The position numbers were made by a program, and so were the translations under genes. Source: a virus (taxonomy: Duplodnaviria > Caudoviricetes). Taken from it: 64,000 nucleotides of DNA. The stretch is taken from positions 74 through 64,073 of IMG/VR virus record IMGVR_UViG_3300003690_000055, one strand, 5' to 3'. Numbering within the stretch: position 1 is the stretch's first letter; each line of letters starts with the position of its first letter. Positions 9,613 through 18,682 of the stretch are shown one piece after another. The notes beneath the pieces are model-generated. The model was given only the letters and a program-made list of their open reading frames with translations, was not told the DNA's origin and ran no database searches.

Positions 9613-10145
9613 TACTTAATTCTCTTTCCGTTTTTAATAATTTGAACTCCGCCGTTGTTTTGAATATCTTTCCACGAAACATCGGCGCTGAGTCGTGGGT
9701 CCTTATTGTTTAGAACTGTGTCAAACTTCTTTTCGAGCTTGGGCTTCAGAATATCATATACTTGTTGCCCTGTCAGCCTCCAAGACTCAACTAGTCTACC
9801 TTTTTCAAAGCGGTTGAAATAATGCTCGGGGTACTTCACAATCTTCTCTTCAATGAGGTAACGATTCTGCTCTTCCCTCGTGGGCTGCACTGAGATACCT
9901 GTGTACGCCCCCTTGCAATTCGGACCAATAGTAGATTTATATTCTACCTCTTCTCCCTTTTCATTGAAGGCATCGGCGCCCGAATAGTCAGTTGCAACCT
10001 CATGATCAAGAGCAATGGCCGCAAGGATCTCCTTGCTGCGTGCGTAACTAAAGGGGTCGCCCCAGTTTTGCTCTTCACTGATCTGTGCCATTTTTTCGAA
10101 AAGATATCTGTATTCTTGTTCGGGTCTCATTTGTGTGTTATTCAT
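9612..10145 (-). CDS. Putative PD-(D/E)xK restriction-like endonuclease
   Basis: SKE...GADAFNEKGEEVEYKS motif, co-transcribed with a methyltransferase. Confidence 0.6.
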   Translation of the reverse strand: MNNTQMRPEQEYRYLFEKMAQISEEQNWGDPFSYARSKEILAAIALDHEVATDYSGADAFNEKGEEVEYKSTIGPNCKGAYTGISVQPTREEQNRYLIEEKIVKYPEHYFNRFEKGRLVESWRLTGQQVYDILKPKLEKKFDTVLNNKDPRLSADVSWKDIQNNGGVQIIKNGKRIK

Positions 10146-10151
10146 ATCCTT

Positions 10152-10180
10152 ATAATATCACTTTCTTTGGTGGGTGTCAA
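10152..10180 (-). promoter_or_regulatory. Sigma70-type promoter, probably leaderless transcript
   Basis: TTGACA-N17-TATTAT, ATG 6 nt downstream. Confidence 0.75.
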
Positions 10181-10194
10181 CCCAATAATCTTAA

Positions 10195-10380
10195 CTAATC
10201 TTTTTTTAGCATCCGAGGGCGGCCATCGGGGCCCCCCACCACCACCTGTACGTTGGCGGCGGTGCCGCCCTTCCTCTGGGCGCGCAGACTCTTTATCACA
10301 CCGCGCATATGTTTAATCATATTTTGGTATGCCTTGATTTGTTCATCGATTATTTTTTTTTCTTCTTTAGTCAGTGCCAT
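10195..10380 (-). CDS. Small basic hypothetical protein
   Basis: 61 aa directly after the dnaE stop. Confidence 0.55.
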   Translation of the reverse strand: MALTKEEKKIIDEQIKAYQNMIKHMRGVIKSLRAQRKGGTAANVQVVVGGPDGRPRMLKKD

Positions 10381-10383
10381 TGG

Positions 10384-13300
10384 TCAGCCTAGTAGTCTCA
10401 AATTTCTTCTAATAGATCTCGTTGAAAATCCCCACGCTGGATCAAAATCTAGCCTGCCCATGTAGGGACGGTTCAGATGAATTCTATCCTTACCCTCTAC
10501 TATACCCCAACAGCGGAACTTTGTCAACACCGAATTGGAATCAATTACGGCCACAATCCAATACGGTTTCCCATGCTTTGTTTTCTTTTTGATAACTTCG
10601 CGCGGAATGAACCACACAAGCCCAAGTTCCGGGTCATAATCCGAAACCGGCGGCACGTAGTAGTTATTCAATCTCTGTCTGACATCCTCAGTCATTACCA
10701 GATGCATCGGGAATATCCCAGTAAGCGTTGTGAGATTATCAATCTCTTCTTCGTTGGTGAAATCGCCTTCGTCCTTATAGTTCTCTATGTTCTCAAGGAA
10801 CTTCTTCTTGCTATAGACGCGATCAACTGCCACAGCAGACCAGAAGTGCTTACGTCCAGTGAACCTCTCATCGATTAGTTTATTCAACGCCCCCGAACGA
10901 ACGAGTACGTCCAAGGCCTTCTTATTCAACTTTGAATATATAATATCCTCGTGGAAGAGAAACTCCTCAATATCATTGAACGGCCGGTTATTAACAATTT
11001 GTTCGATTGCTGCATCCCCCAAGCCCTTTAACGAACTGAGGGGTTGCACCAATTTCTTTTCGTCATCGGGGTCAATCTCCCACACAAACGACGACGTATT
11101 GATATCGGCCTCCACAATCTCAAAGCCGTTCGACTTCGCAATGTTGATAGCTTTCTCCTTGCGCTTCTCCGGCTCCTTATCAAGGAACGACGCCATCCAC
11201 TCAACTGGATAGTAGTTGTAGAGCCACGCACACTGGAACGAGATTGCTGAGTATGATACTGCATGCGACTTATTGAAACCGTAGCCAGAAAAGTATTCGA
11301 ACCTCTCCCACATGTCCTCGGCTTCGCTGTGACGAATACCCTTCTCGATGCATCCGTCGATAAACTTGGTGCGAAGCGCTTTCTTCACTCTCGCTTCCTT
11401 CCCCGTTCCCTTCTTGGTAAGCACCTTCCTTAGCAAGTTTCCCTCATCTAGGGTAAGTCCCTTCCCTAACTTGTGAGCAAGGAGGGCAATCTGTTCTTGG
11501 AAGATAAGGAACCCGTAGGTTTCTTTGGTGACCTCCTTAACATGCTCATTGATATAATCAATATCCCCCGCGTTTGCCTTGGCTTGAATGTATTGCTCGT
11601 GCACATTGGCCGACAATGGGCCCGGTCGATAGATCGATGTGATGGCCGAGATATCAATCAAAGACTTCGGCTTTGCGTTCGCACAGAATTCTTGTGCCCG
11701 TTGCTCTGTGAATTGAAAAATTCCCGCGAAATTACCCCTCTGGAAAATGTTCTTATACACGCTTTGATCATTAAAATCAATCTTGTCTGGATGGAGGAAG
11801 TCGTTATAAAATGCTTTTATATCTTCAAACGTCGGGTCGGCGAGCCCCCCGTGCCGCTTCAAGATATGACGAATTGCCCCCTCAATCATGCGAAGCGTAG
11901 ACAAGCCCAACAGATCAAACTTAATGAATCCGAGTGGTTCCAGGTGCCGAAGATGTTGTCCTTCCGCCCACGGAGACTGCCGGACGCCTCCCGAAGTGAT
12001 GATGGGCATGTGCTCATTTAGGTCGTCAGCAATCAAGACGCCTCCAGCGTGACGAGAGCAGGAGCGAACCTGTCCCACCAACGCTTCAACGTGTGTTTTA
12101 ATATGCGGATACTTTACTAGGTAGCCGCGCAAGGAGGGAGACAGTTCCATAACCTCTTCCCACGTCGGTGCGTAGACACCGGCCTTGATACCATGTAGCT
12201 GCTTTGCTGCTGGTGTTGCTTCCGCAATCATAGAAGAAGTAACTCTATTAACTTCTCCGAATTCTACGCCATAGAACTTTGAGATATCCTTGATTAGAGA
12301 CTTAAGCTGAAGGGTGTTCCAATTTGAAATTGGAATAACCGAGTTCTTGCCCCAATCCTCCATGAGCATTTCCTTAAGTTGCATGGGCTCTGCAACATCA
12401 TAATCAATATCCGGATAGTCCGTTGCATCCTTCCGAAGGAACCTCTCGAAGAGAAGGCCATACTTGATGGGGTCAATCTGCGTGATGCCCAAAACATATG
12501 CAGTCAGAGATCCTGCCGCAGACCCTCGGCCTGGACCAGTCAGCTGAACCTCGTTCGCCTTGTCGGCGATCGCCTTCATTGTCAAGAAGTACTTGCTGAA
12601 ACCACGATCTTCAATAACATCAAGCTCCATTTGAAGCCGTGTGGTATACTCTTCATTCTCGTGAAGTCCACGGTGACGTAGCCCTTCCAAAGCATAGTTG
12701 ACTAGGGCTTCCGCATCTGTGAAACCCGCTGGTACTACAAAGTCTGGTAACTTTACAGCTGTATTGGGCGTGAAGTCTTCAATTCTATTGAACGCAATGT
12801 GGTGTGTCTCAGTAATAGACTTCATCACTAAGTCATCATCATACTCTTGCTCTGCAATCTTAGAATACTCTTTGTACGAATGCCACATCTGATTACCGTT
12901 CTTCGGGAATAGCTCATAACCAATTTCTTCAACGCCGGCAGGAAGTTCCGTATTATCTTCAGCCCACGCGGGGGTTCCCTTGCCGAGCCATCCAAGACGC
13001 TTGTAGAGTTCTCGATCCTTCCACGCCTCCCGATTGGGATAGTGACTATCTGCAGTTGAAATCAAAGGAATGCCAAACTCCCTGTGCATTTCAATAATAA
13101 ATTGGTTTAGTTCATGTTGCTCTGGGATCTGATTCCATTGGAGTTCCCCGTACCAACGATCCCCGAACACCTCCACAAAGCGACGTGTCGTTTCCCTCAT
13201 CGCTTCCCTCACGGCGTCGGGGCCTTGTTCTCGGTTAGCCCAGTAGTTTCCCGCATAGGGGCCACCCAAACACGCAGACGCAGCGATGACTCCCTCGGAG

Positions 13301-13821
13301 TGTCGGTCAAGCATATCATAATCTACGCGAGGGTAACGATAGAAATTCTCTTCCTTATAGGATTCAGAAACAAGCTTGAATAAGTTATTCAGCCCTGTTT
13401 GGTTCTGTGCCAACAGGATCAAATGGCGACGGCGGCGAATAAGATTACTCATCGCCTTTTTGCTCGCGTCCTCATCTTCAATAGAAGCGCCGACGGCATT
13501 ACCCTTGGCTAACCCTCGCGCTACCTTTACATCCTTTTTAGCCTCTTCATACTCTTCGCGCCACTCTTCAATAGACGGCAAAAAATATGCCTCCACCCCG
13601 TAAATTGGCTTGAATTCCTTTCCCTCAGACTTCATCTTCTGCCAGTGTAAAAACTGGTGTGAAAAGCCATTCATATTCCCGTGGTCCGTCAAGGCGAGAG
13701 CTTCGCCTCCGTTCTCATAGCAAAAATCCATATGCTCATCCGGATACCCAATAGCATCGAAGATTGAGCCTGCCACGCTGTGGGCGTGTAGCCCTACGAA
13801 AGGAATCTTTTTATCTGTCAT
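10384..13821 (-). CDS. dnaE: DNA polymerase III alpha subunit (family C)
   Basis: PHP motifs HAHS, TDHG, GVEAY and DSHY; GRGSAAGS, PDIDYD, HAGG, KFDLLG, FQEQ, YGFNKSH. Confidence 0.97.
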   Translation of the reverse strand: MTDKKIPFVGLHAHSVAGSIFDAIGYPDEHMDFCYENGGEALALTDHGNMNGFSHQFLHWQKMKSEGKEFKPIYGVEAYFLPSIEEWREEYEEAKKDVKVARGLAKGNAVGASIEDEDASKKAMSNLIRRRRHLILLAQNQTGLNNLFKLVSESYKEENFYRYPRVDYDMLDRHSEGVIAASACLGGPYAGNYWANREQGPDAVREAMRETTRRFVEVFGDRWYGELQWNQIPEQHELNQFIIEMHREFGIPLISTADSHYPNREAWKDRELYKRLGWLGKGTPAWAEDNTELPAGVEEIGYELFPKNGNQMWHSYKEYSKIAEQEYDDDLVMKSITETHHIAFNRIEDFTPNTAVKLPDFVVPAGFTDAEALVNYALEGLRHRGLHENEEYTTRLQMELDVIEDRGFSKYFLTMKAIADKANEVQLTGPGRGSAAGSLTAYVLGITQIDPIKYGLLFERFLRKDATDYPDIDYDVAEPMQLKEMLMEDWGKNSVIPISNWNTLQLKSLIKDISKFYGVEFGEVNRVTSSMIAEATPAAKQLHGIKAGVYAPTWEEVMELSPSLRGYLVKYPHIKTHVEALVGQVRSCSRHAGGVLIADDLNEHMPIITSGGVRQSPWAEGQHLRHLEPLGFIKFDLLGLSTLRMIEGAIRHILKRHGGLADPTFEDIKAFYNDFLHPDKIDFNDQSVYKNIFQRGNFAGIFQFTEQRAQEFCANAKPKSLIDISAITSIYRPGPLSANVHEQYIQAKANAGDIDYINEHVKEVTKETYGFLIFQEQIALLAHKLGKGLTLDEGNLLRKVLTKKGTGKEARVKKALRTKFIDGCIEKGIRHSEAEDMWERFEYFSGYGFNKSHAVSYSAISFQCAWLYNYYPVEWMASFLDKEPEKRKEKAINIAKSNGFEIVEADINTSSFVWEIDPDDEKKLVQPLSSLKGLGDAAIEQIVNNRPFNDIEEFLFHEDIIYSKLNKKALDVLVRSGALNKLIDERFTGRKHFWSAVAVDRVYSKKKFLENIENYKDEGDFTNEEEIDNLTTLTGIFPMHLVMTEDVRQRLNNYYVPPVSDYDPELGLVWFIPREVIKKKTKHGKPYWIVAVIDSNSVLTKFRCWGIVEGKDRIHLNRPYMGRLDFDPAWGFSTRSIRRNLRLLG

Positions 13822-14669
13822 TTACTTCTCCCTCTATACATAGTTTTGGTTCCAGGACGCTTGGTCCTTTTTCCTAGATCCGATGATATAAATTTAACAT
13901 ATTCAGCCCACGTTGTCAAGTCATAAAACTCCTTAATTTCTAATTCATAGCCTTCGGGGCCATCACCAAAAACATCTTCCAATGAAAAGCTGAGAGATTT
14001 GCGTCTTTCCTCGGGGGGAAGCTTCTCACTTGGCATTTCGCCCGGTGGAGGGAGTTTATATAAAGCTGCGTTTGTGGTTATCGTTCTTTTCGCTCGGCGC
14101 CACTCTTCGGCTTCCAAGACGAAACTAATGGGCGCGCCATCTTTAACCGTTTTTCCGTTATGTGAAAAATAAAATGGCACATTCTTTTTAAGAGTTGATT
14201 TATACTTATACACTTCCCTAGGGTCAAGGACACCCATAGGGAACGACACATAATATTGATCAGGCTCGATCCAGCGACCCATTTTAATCATAACCCAATA
14301 GGCAACGTTAATTCCGTAAATTATTGACCAAGAATAACAATCTACTTTGTCTCTGTGCCTAGGATGAATCGGAACATAGTAAATTGGGACTTCTTTGTGC
14401 TTTTCATTACCAAATCGAATATATGTACCACGATCAATGCTCTCAACATCGGTGGCCCATTCGCCAATTCTATGTTTAATAAGAGGGGCTATATCATCAT
14501 TGGCAACAATCCAAATAGACGAACAGCCAGTGTGTAAACACTCATAGATGGTTGCCTCAATAGCTGTATAATTGGGCCCCACCGGGATCAAAGAGGAGTC
14601 CCATTCCATACCGAATTCTGTATTCATGCCTGCCACCGGAATGATTGCGGGCATATTCAATTTACTCAT
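13818..14669 (-). CDS. Nucleotidyltransferase (GT-A fold)-like protein
   Basis: N-terminal AIIPVAG, SLIPVG and GCSSIWIV. The canonical GxGTR motif is degenerate. Confidence 0.55.
   Translation of the reverse strand: MSKLNMPAIIPVAGMNTEFGMEWDSSLIPVGPNYTAIEATIYECLHTGCSSIWIVANDDIAPLIKHRIGEWATDVESIDRGTYIRFGNEKHKEVPIYYVPIHPRHRDKVDCYSWSIIYGINVAYWVMIKMGRWIEPDQYYVSFPMGVLDPREVYKYKSTLKKNVPFYFSHNGKTVKDGAPISFVLEAEEWRRAKRTITTNAALYKLPPPGEMPSEKLPPEERRKSLSFSLEDVFGDGPEGYELEIKEFYDLTTWAEYVKFISSDLGKRTKRPGTKTMYRGRSK
13891..13919 (-). promoter_or_regulatory. Sigma70-type promoter for dnaE
   Basis: TTGACA-N17-TAAATT about 70 nt upstream of dnaE. Confidence 0.6.
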
Positions 14670-15290
14670 GCAGGACTATCCGTTTATCCAGAGGCCCAAC
14701 CACATTAAACGAAAATTCGTTTTTCGCCGAGTGTCTGAGGGAGTGACGCAACTTAAGGCTACGGCCGTTAGGTTGTTTAATGTTCCTATCGCGTAATTTA
14801 CGTTCCACCAGGAGGCGCACCACCGTTTCAGAAAAATCAAAATTCCGAACGTCCCCATCACACACTACACTCTTAGTTATAATATCTTTAAAATCCCCTC
14901 CAGTATTGCGATCAATTCTGTTGGACACTACAAACTTTATAACCTTGAGGAAGCTATCGTGGAGAAAAATACTCAGATCCACCCCCAACCTGGATCCCTG
15001 CACCACATCAAACATGTCATGAACTATATGATTTTCAACAACTTCTTCCACATTTAAATTGGTAAAGTTATCTACGTCAAAAAGATGAAGTTCTTTAAAC
15101 TCCAGAAGCACCTAATCCCCTCATACCATCTGTGCTTCACATCTTGGTATCCCACAAAGTAATGAAAGGGCCGCTGCTCGCTATTGACAATCAGAGGATA
15201 GCCGTGCTCTCGCGCAAACGAAACCGCCTCCTCTCGCCAGCCCACCACAACGTTGTCCAAGGTATATTTAAGAGGAGGCAAGTCCATCAT
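14662..15290 (-). CDS. Hypothetical protein split by a frameshift or deletion near 15112
   Basis: ORFs 15072..15290 and 14662..15111 overlap out of frame. The second has only a GTG start. Confidence 0.55.
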
Positions 15291-15296
15291 AGTGCT

Positions 15297-15325
15297 ATTA
15301 TAGCACCGACGAATAACTAGGTCAA
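15297..15325 (-). promoter_or_regulatory. Sigma70-type promoter, leaderless, with a palindrome over the -10
   Basis: TTGACC-N17-TATAAT, ATG 6 nt downstream; GTGCTA-N3-TAGCAC inverted repeat at 15292-15306. Confidence 0.78.
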
Positions 15326-15550
15326 GAGTTTTCTGATAACATACCGATTACGTGGTTTTCTTTGATGACCGTGAAGGTCTCGCCGTTATGCTGGATGTCA
15401 CGCAGCATGTGCGCTTCTACAACGATCTGCAATCCGGTATGGGCTTTCTACCGCCCGGTAGTCCTGGGGCAGTAGGATACCGCTATCTTCTGTTTCGCTG
15501 TCCTCTATTGTTTTCACCCAAAGATAATTATTAACTGGGGTGAATGTCAT
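15322..15550 (-). CDS. GroES-like co-chaperonin with an internal deletion/frameshift (not in the ORF track)
   Basis: MTFTPVNNYLWVKTIEDSETEDSGILLP, then in a shifted frame QIVVEAHMLRDIQHNGETFTVIKENHVIGML. These match the GroES N-terminal and C-terminal patterns. Confidence 0.7.
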
Positions 15551-15921
15551 TTACTCTCCAAATCGGCGATGGCCGCTTTAATGGCCTCTTCTGCCAACAC
15601 TGAGCAGTGTATTTTAACAGGTGGTAGGGATAGCTCCTCCACAATATCTGTATTCTTAATTTCTGCAGCTTCTGATAAGGTTTTTCCCTTAATCCATTCG
15701 GTGGCTAAGGAAGAGGCCGCTATCGCAGACCCACACCCAAAAGTTTTAAACTTAGTCTCACAAATACAGTTATTTTCATCCACCCTAATCTGTAACTTCA
15801 TAACGTCCCCGCATTCGGGGGCGCCCACAACTCCGGTTCCCACCTTCGGATCGTTTTTATCCAACGACCCCACATTTCTGGGATTCTCAAAATGATCGAT
15901 TACTTTTGTTGTATAAGCCAT
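15547..15921 (-). CDS. iscU: Fe-S cluster scaffold IscU
   Basis: MAYTTKVIDHFENPRNVG, GAPECGD, KTFGCGSAIASS-like, LPPVKIHC. Confidence 0.96.
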   Translation of the reverse strand: MAYTTKVIDHFENPRNVGSLDKNDPKVGTGVVGAPECGDVMKLQIRVDENNCICETKFKTFGCGSAIAASSLATEWIKGKTLSEAAEIKNTDIVEELSLPPVKIHCSVLAEEAIKAAIADLESK

Positions 15922-15934
15922 AATTTTCTCCTTT

Positions 15935-16246
15935 TTAACTAAATGATGATCCGCAACCGCAAGTCGTGTTCGCCGCCGGATTATTAAAGACAAACCCCTC
16001 TTGCTGTAGTGTGGCCACATAATCTACTGTAGTATCCTTTAGAATTCCGGCGCTCATAGGATCAATATATATCTTTACAGCAGAAATGTCAAGTAAAATA
16101 TCTTCTTCATCTGGTTCTTCTGTCTCTATATTTAAACAATATGACATGCCCGAGCAACCACCCCCCTGGACTGCAATCCTGATGGTCTCGTCGGCTTCTA
16201 AAACCTTAGCTATGCGCTCTGTTGCTTTGTCAGTAAACTGTATCAT
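15935..16246 (-). CDS. iscA: A-type Fe-S carrier (IscA/HesB family)
   Basis: GGGCSGMSY, FNNP, CGCGSSF. Confidence 0.93.
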   Translation of the reverse strand: MIQFTDKATERIAKVLEADETIRIAVQGGGCSGMSYCLNIETEEPDEEDILLDISAVKIYIDPMSAGILKDTTVDYVATLQQEGFVFNNPAANTTCGCGSSFS

Positions 16247-16256
16247 CTCTATATAA

Positions 16257-18680
16257 CTAGCCGCACTTTGCAAAACCGCAGTTATTACAAGTAATGCAGC
16301 CCTCAACATATACCAGCCCTTCGGTCTCACACTCGCCACAGGTCTTCTCAGTGGCTGTCTGACCATCCGGGATATATCCTTTCAAAACTCTCGCAACACA
16401 CTTGGCAAAGCTGAACATATCAGAATCGCGATCTTTTTGTAGCTGTTCCACAACATATTGAATGTTTGCTCCATGACGCAGACCAAGTGAAATAATACGA
16501 GTGAACGCCGAATGGTTGGCATTATCAAATACTTTAACCAAGTCCTTTATTACTACTGTATCACCATTCTTCCCAACTTTCAAGTCATAAATCGAATTAA
16601 CTGTTTTACGTGGATTCTTAACTAGAATACCCTCGGCCTTGTCGCGAGGGATCTCGATCAGATTTGAAAGACCACCCATAACTTCGTACGGTTTCCCACC
16701 CATCAAACCAACAACAATAATCCACTTCTCTCCCTGAATAGTAGTATGATGAATATTACAATCTAATTCAATGGGGCGCTTGGGGGCACGATGTTGAGGA
16801 AACGCCCCACCATCCTCTGATTTCGAGGCCACGAGAACGCCACTGCGAGATCCCTCCACATACACCGTAAGTCCCTTAAGGCCTCGTTTCCACCCCTCAG
16901 TATAAAGGGAACCCACCACTTCTGGCGCCGTTCCCTTTGGGAGATTAATTGTGGAGCTAATGCTATGATCTATGTGCTGTTGAATTGCTGCTTGTACAGC
17001 AATACGTGCAAAACCGTCAATATTATTTGATTCCATAAAAAAATCAGGGATTTTAGAGTTTTTGTCCGTTTGTAAATTTAGCCATTCCTGAACATTATGG
17101 TGTAACACTTCATACTCTACCCATTTGTCTCCCAAGTCGTCCACAAAATCGGCTTCGAGGTGTTGTTCATTATGAGAGAGTTTACGACGACGAATATAAG
17201 AATTACGAAACACGGGCTCCAATCCTGAAGAAGTCTGGCTCATAATTGATACAGAGCCCGTTGGGGCATTTGTAAGAATAGATATATTGCGACGACCAAA
17301 AGTCTCAATTTTTTTAGAAAGATTTTTCGGGAGCCTTTTTATATATGAGTTTTCTTTCTCTTGTGGCCAGGAGAATGCCGGGAAGGCGCCGCGCTCTTGG
17401 GCCAAGCATACACTTTCCTCATAGGCGGTGTTACGAACAGTGGCATAAATTTTATCAATGATTTCGATAGCTTCGGCCGAGTCGTATGCTAGGTTGAGTC
17501 GTGCAATAGCATCTGCTAAACCGTGAGTACCCAGGCCAGTGCGGCGGCCGCTGTGGGCAGCATTCCATAACTTTTCCCACAATTGTTTTTCATCTTTACT
17601 GTCGGCTGCAGCCCTAATTTTATCTAACTTTTCCAGCTCAAGTTCTACCAGGTCATCAGAGAGACGCATTCCTACAGTTGTTATTTCTTTTAACTTATTG
17701 AAATCGAACTTTGCTTTCTTTGTGAAAGCGTCTTTTACTAAATGCTTGAGATTTAAGGAAATTAAACGGCATGAATCATAGGCTGATAGCGGTATCTCCC
17801 CGCACGGGTTCGTGCAAATCGTTTTAAATCCAGTATACTCGTGCGCCGGCAAATTATTTATAATATTGTCCCACATTAAAAGCCCAGGTTCGGCTGTTTT
17901 GGTGGCAGACTCAATAATTTCACTCCATAACTCACTGGCCTCAATTTCATCAACAAATTCCGGGTCTCCGTCGACTGGAAACTGCAACGTAAACGATTCA
18001 TTATTCTCGACGGCCTTCATAAAGCTATCGCTTATTTTAACTGAGACGTTGGCTCCCGTAACCTTCGAAAGGTCTCGTTTCATCTTGACAAACTTAAATA
18101 TATCGGGATGACGGACGTCCATAGAAATCATAAGAGCCCCTCGGCGTCCATTTTGGCCAATCATCCGACAAATGTAAGAATAAAAGTCAGCAAAGCTCCA
18201 AGCACCGGTGGTGGTGCGCGCAGAATTATGTACAGGGGCTCCTTCGGGGCGAAGATTAGAAATATCAAGACCGACACCACAACGACGTTTGAACAAATTA
18301 GCCAAATCTCTCCCAGTATCGATAATAGACGAAACATTGTCTTGGGGACTATCAATCACGACACAATTAGATAAAGATACATTAACGTGATCATTACCAA
18401 TACCCATCATCGGAGATCCTTGAGGCACAATGTATTTAAAATCTTTCAGGAAGGAGTAAATCTCATTTTCAGTAAGATAAGGATTCTTGCCCGATTCAAA
18501 CTTGTCTTCTACCCTTGCAAACTCTTTGGCAATGCGTCTGTGCATGTCGTCTGGAGTCTTCTCGATAAAATTACCCTTCTTGTCGCGCAAACAATACTTG
18601 GTCATAAAAACGTTAGTGGCCAGTTCGTCACCATTAAAATATTCAAGAGTAGCCGCCCTTACACTGCTTTCTTCGTACAT
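16257..18680 (-). CDS. nrdJ: Class II (adenosylcobalamin) ribonucleotide reductase
   Basis: SLSNC, GRRGA, TNPCGEI, APTGS and a C-terminal Cys cluster. No beta subunit is seen in the window. Confidence 0.9.
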   Translation of the reverse strand: MYEESSVRAATLEYFNGDELATNVFMTKYCLRDKKGNFIEKTPDDMHRRIAKEFARVEDKFESGKNPYLTENEIYSFLKDFKYIVPQGSPMMGIGNDHVNVSLSNCVVIDSPQDNVSSIIDTGRDLANLFKRRCGVGLDISNLRPEGAPVHNSARTTTGAWSFADFYSYICRMIGQNGRRGALMISMDVRHPDIFKFVKMKRDLSKVTGANVSVKISDSFMKAVENNESFTLQFPVDGDPEFVDEIEASELWSEIIESATKTAEPGLLMWDNIINNLPAHEYTGFKTICTNPCGEIPLSAYDSCRLISLNLKHLVKDAFTKKAKFDFNKLKEITTVGMRLSDDLVELELEKLDKIRAAADSKDEKQLWEKLWNAAHSGRRTGLGTHGLADAIARLNLAYDSAEAIEIIDKIYATVRNTAYEESVCLAQERGAFPAFSWPQEKENSYIKRLPKNLSKKIETFGRRNISILTNAPTGSVSIMSQTSSGLEPVFRNSYIRRRKLSHNEQHLEADFVDDLGDKWVEYEVLHHNVQEWLNLQTDKNSKIPDFFMESNNIDGFARIAVQAAIQQHIDHSISSTINLPKGTAPEVVGSLYTEGWKRGLKGLTVYVEGSRSGVLVASKSEDGGAFPQHRAPKRPIELDCNIHHTTIQGEKWIIVVGLMGGKPYEVMGGLSNLIEIPRDKAEGILVKNPRKTVNSIYDLKVGKNGDTVVIKDLVKVFDNANHSAFTRIISLGLRHGANIQYVVEQLQKDRDSDMFSFAKCVARVLKGYIPDGQTATEKTCGECETEGLVYVEGCITCNNCGFAKCG

Positions 18681-18682
18681 CC

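Noticed and set aside
10384-18680. Inteins or introns in dnaE, nrdJ, helicase or terminase
   Set aside because: Lengths are normal, motifs are contiguous, and no splice-junction or homing endonuclease motifs are seen.
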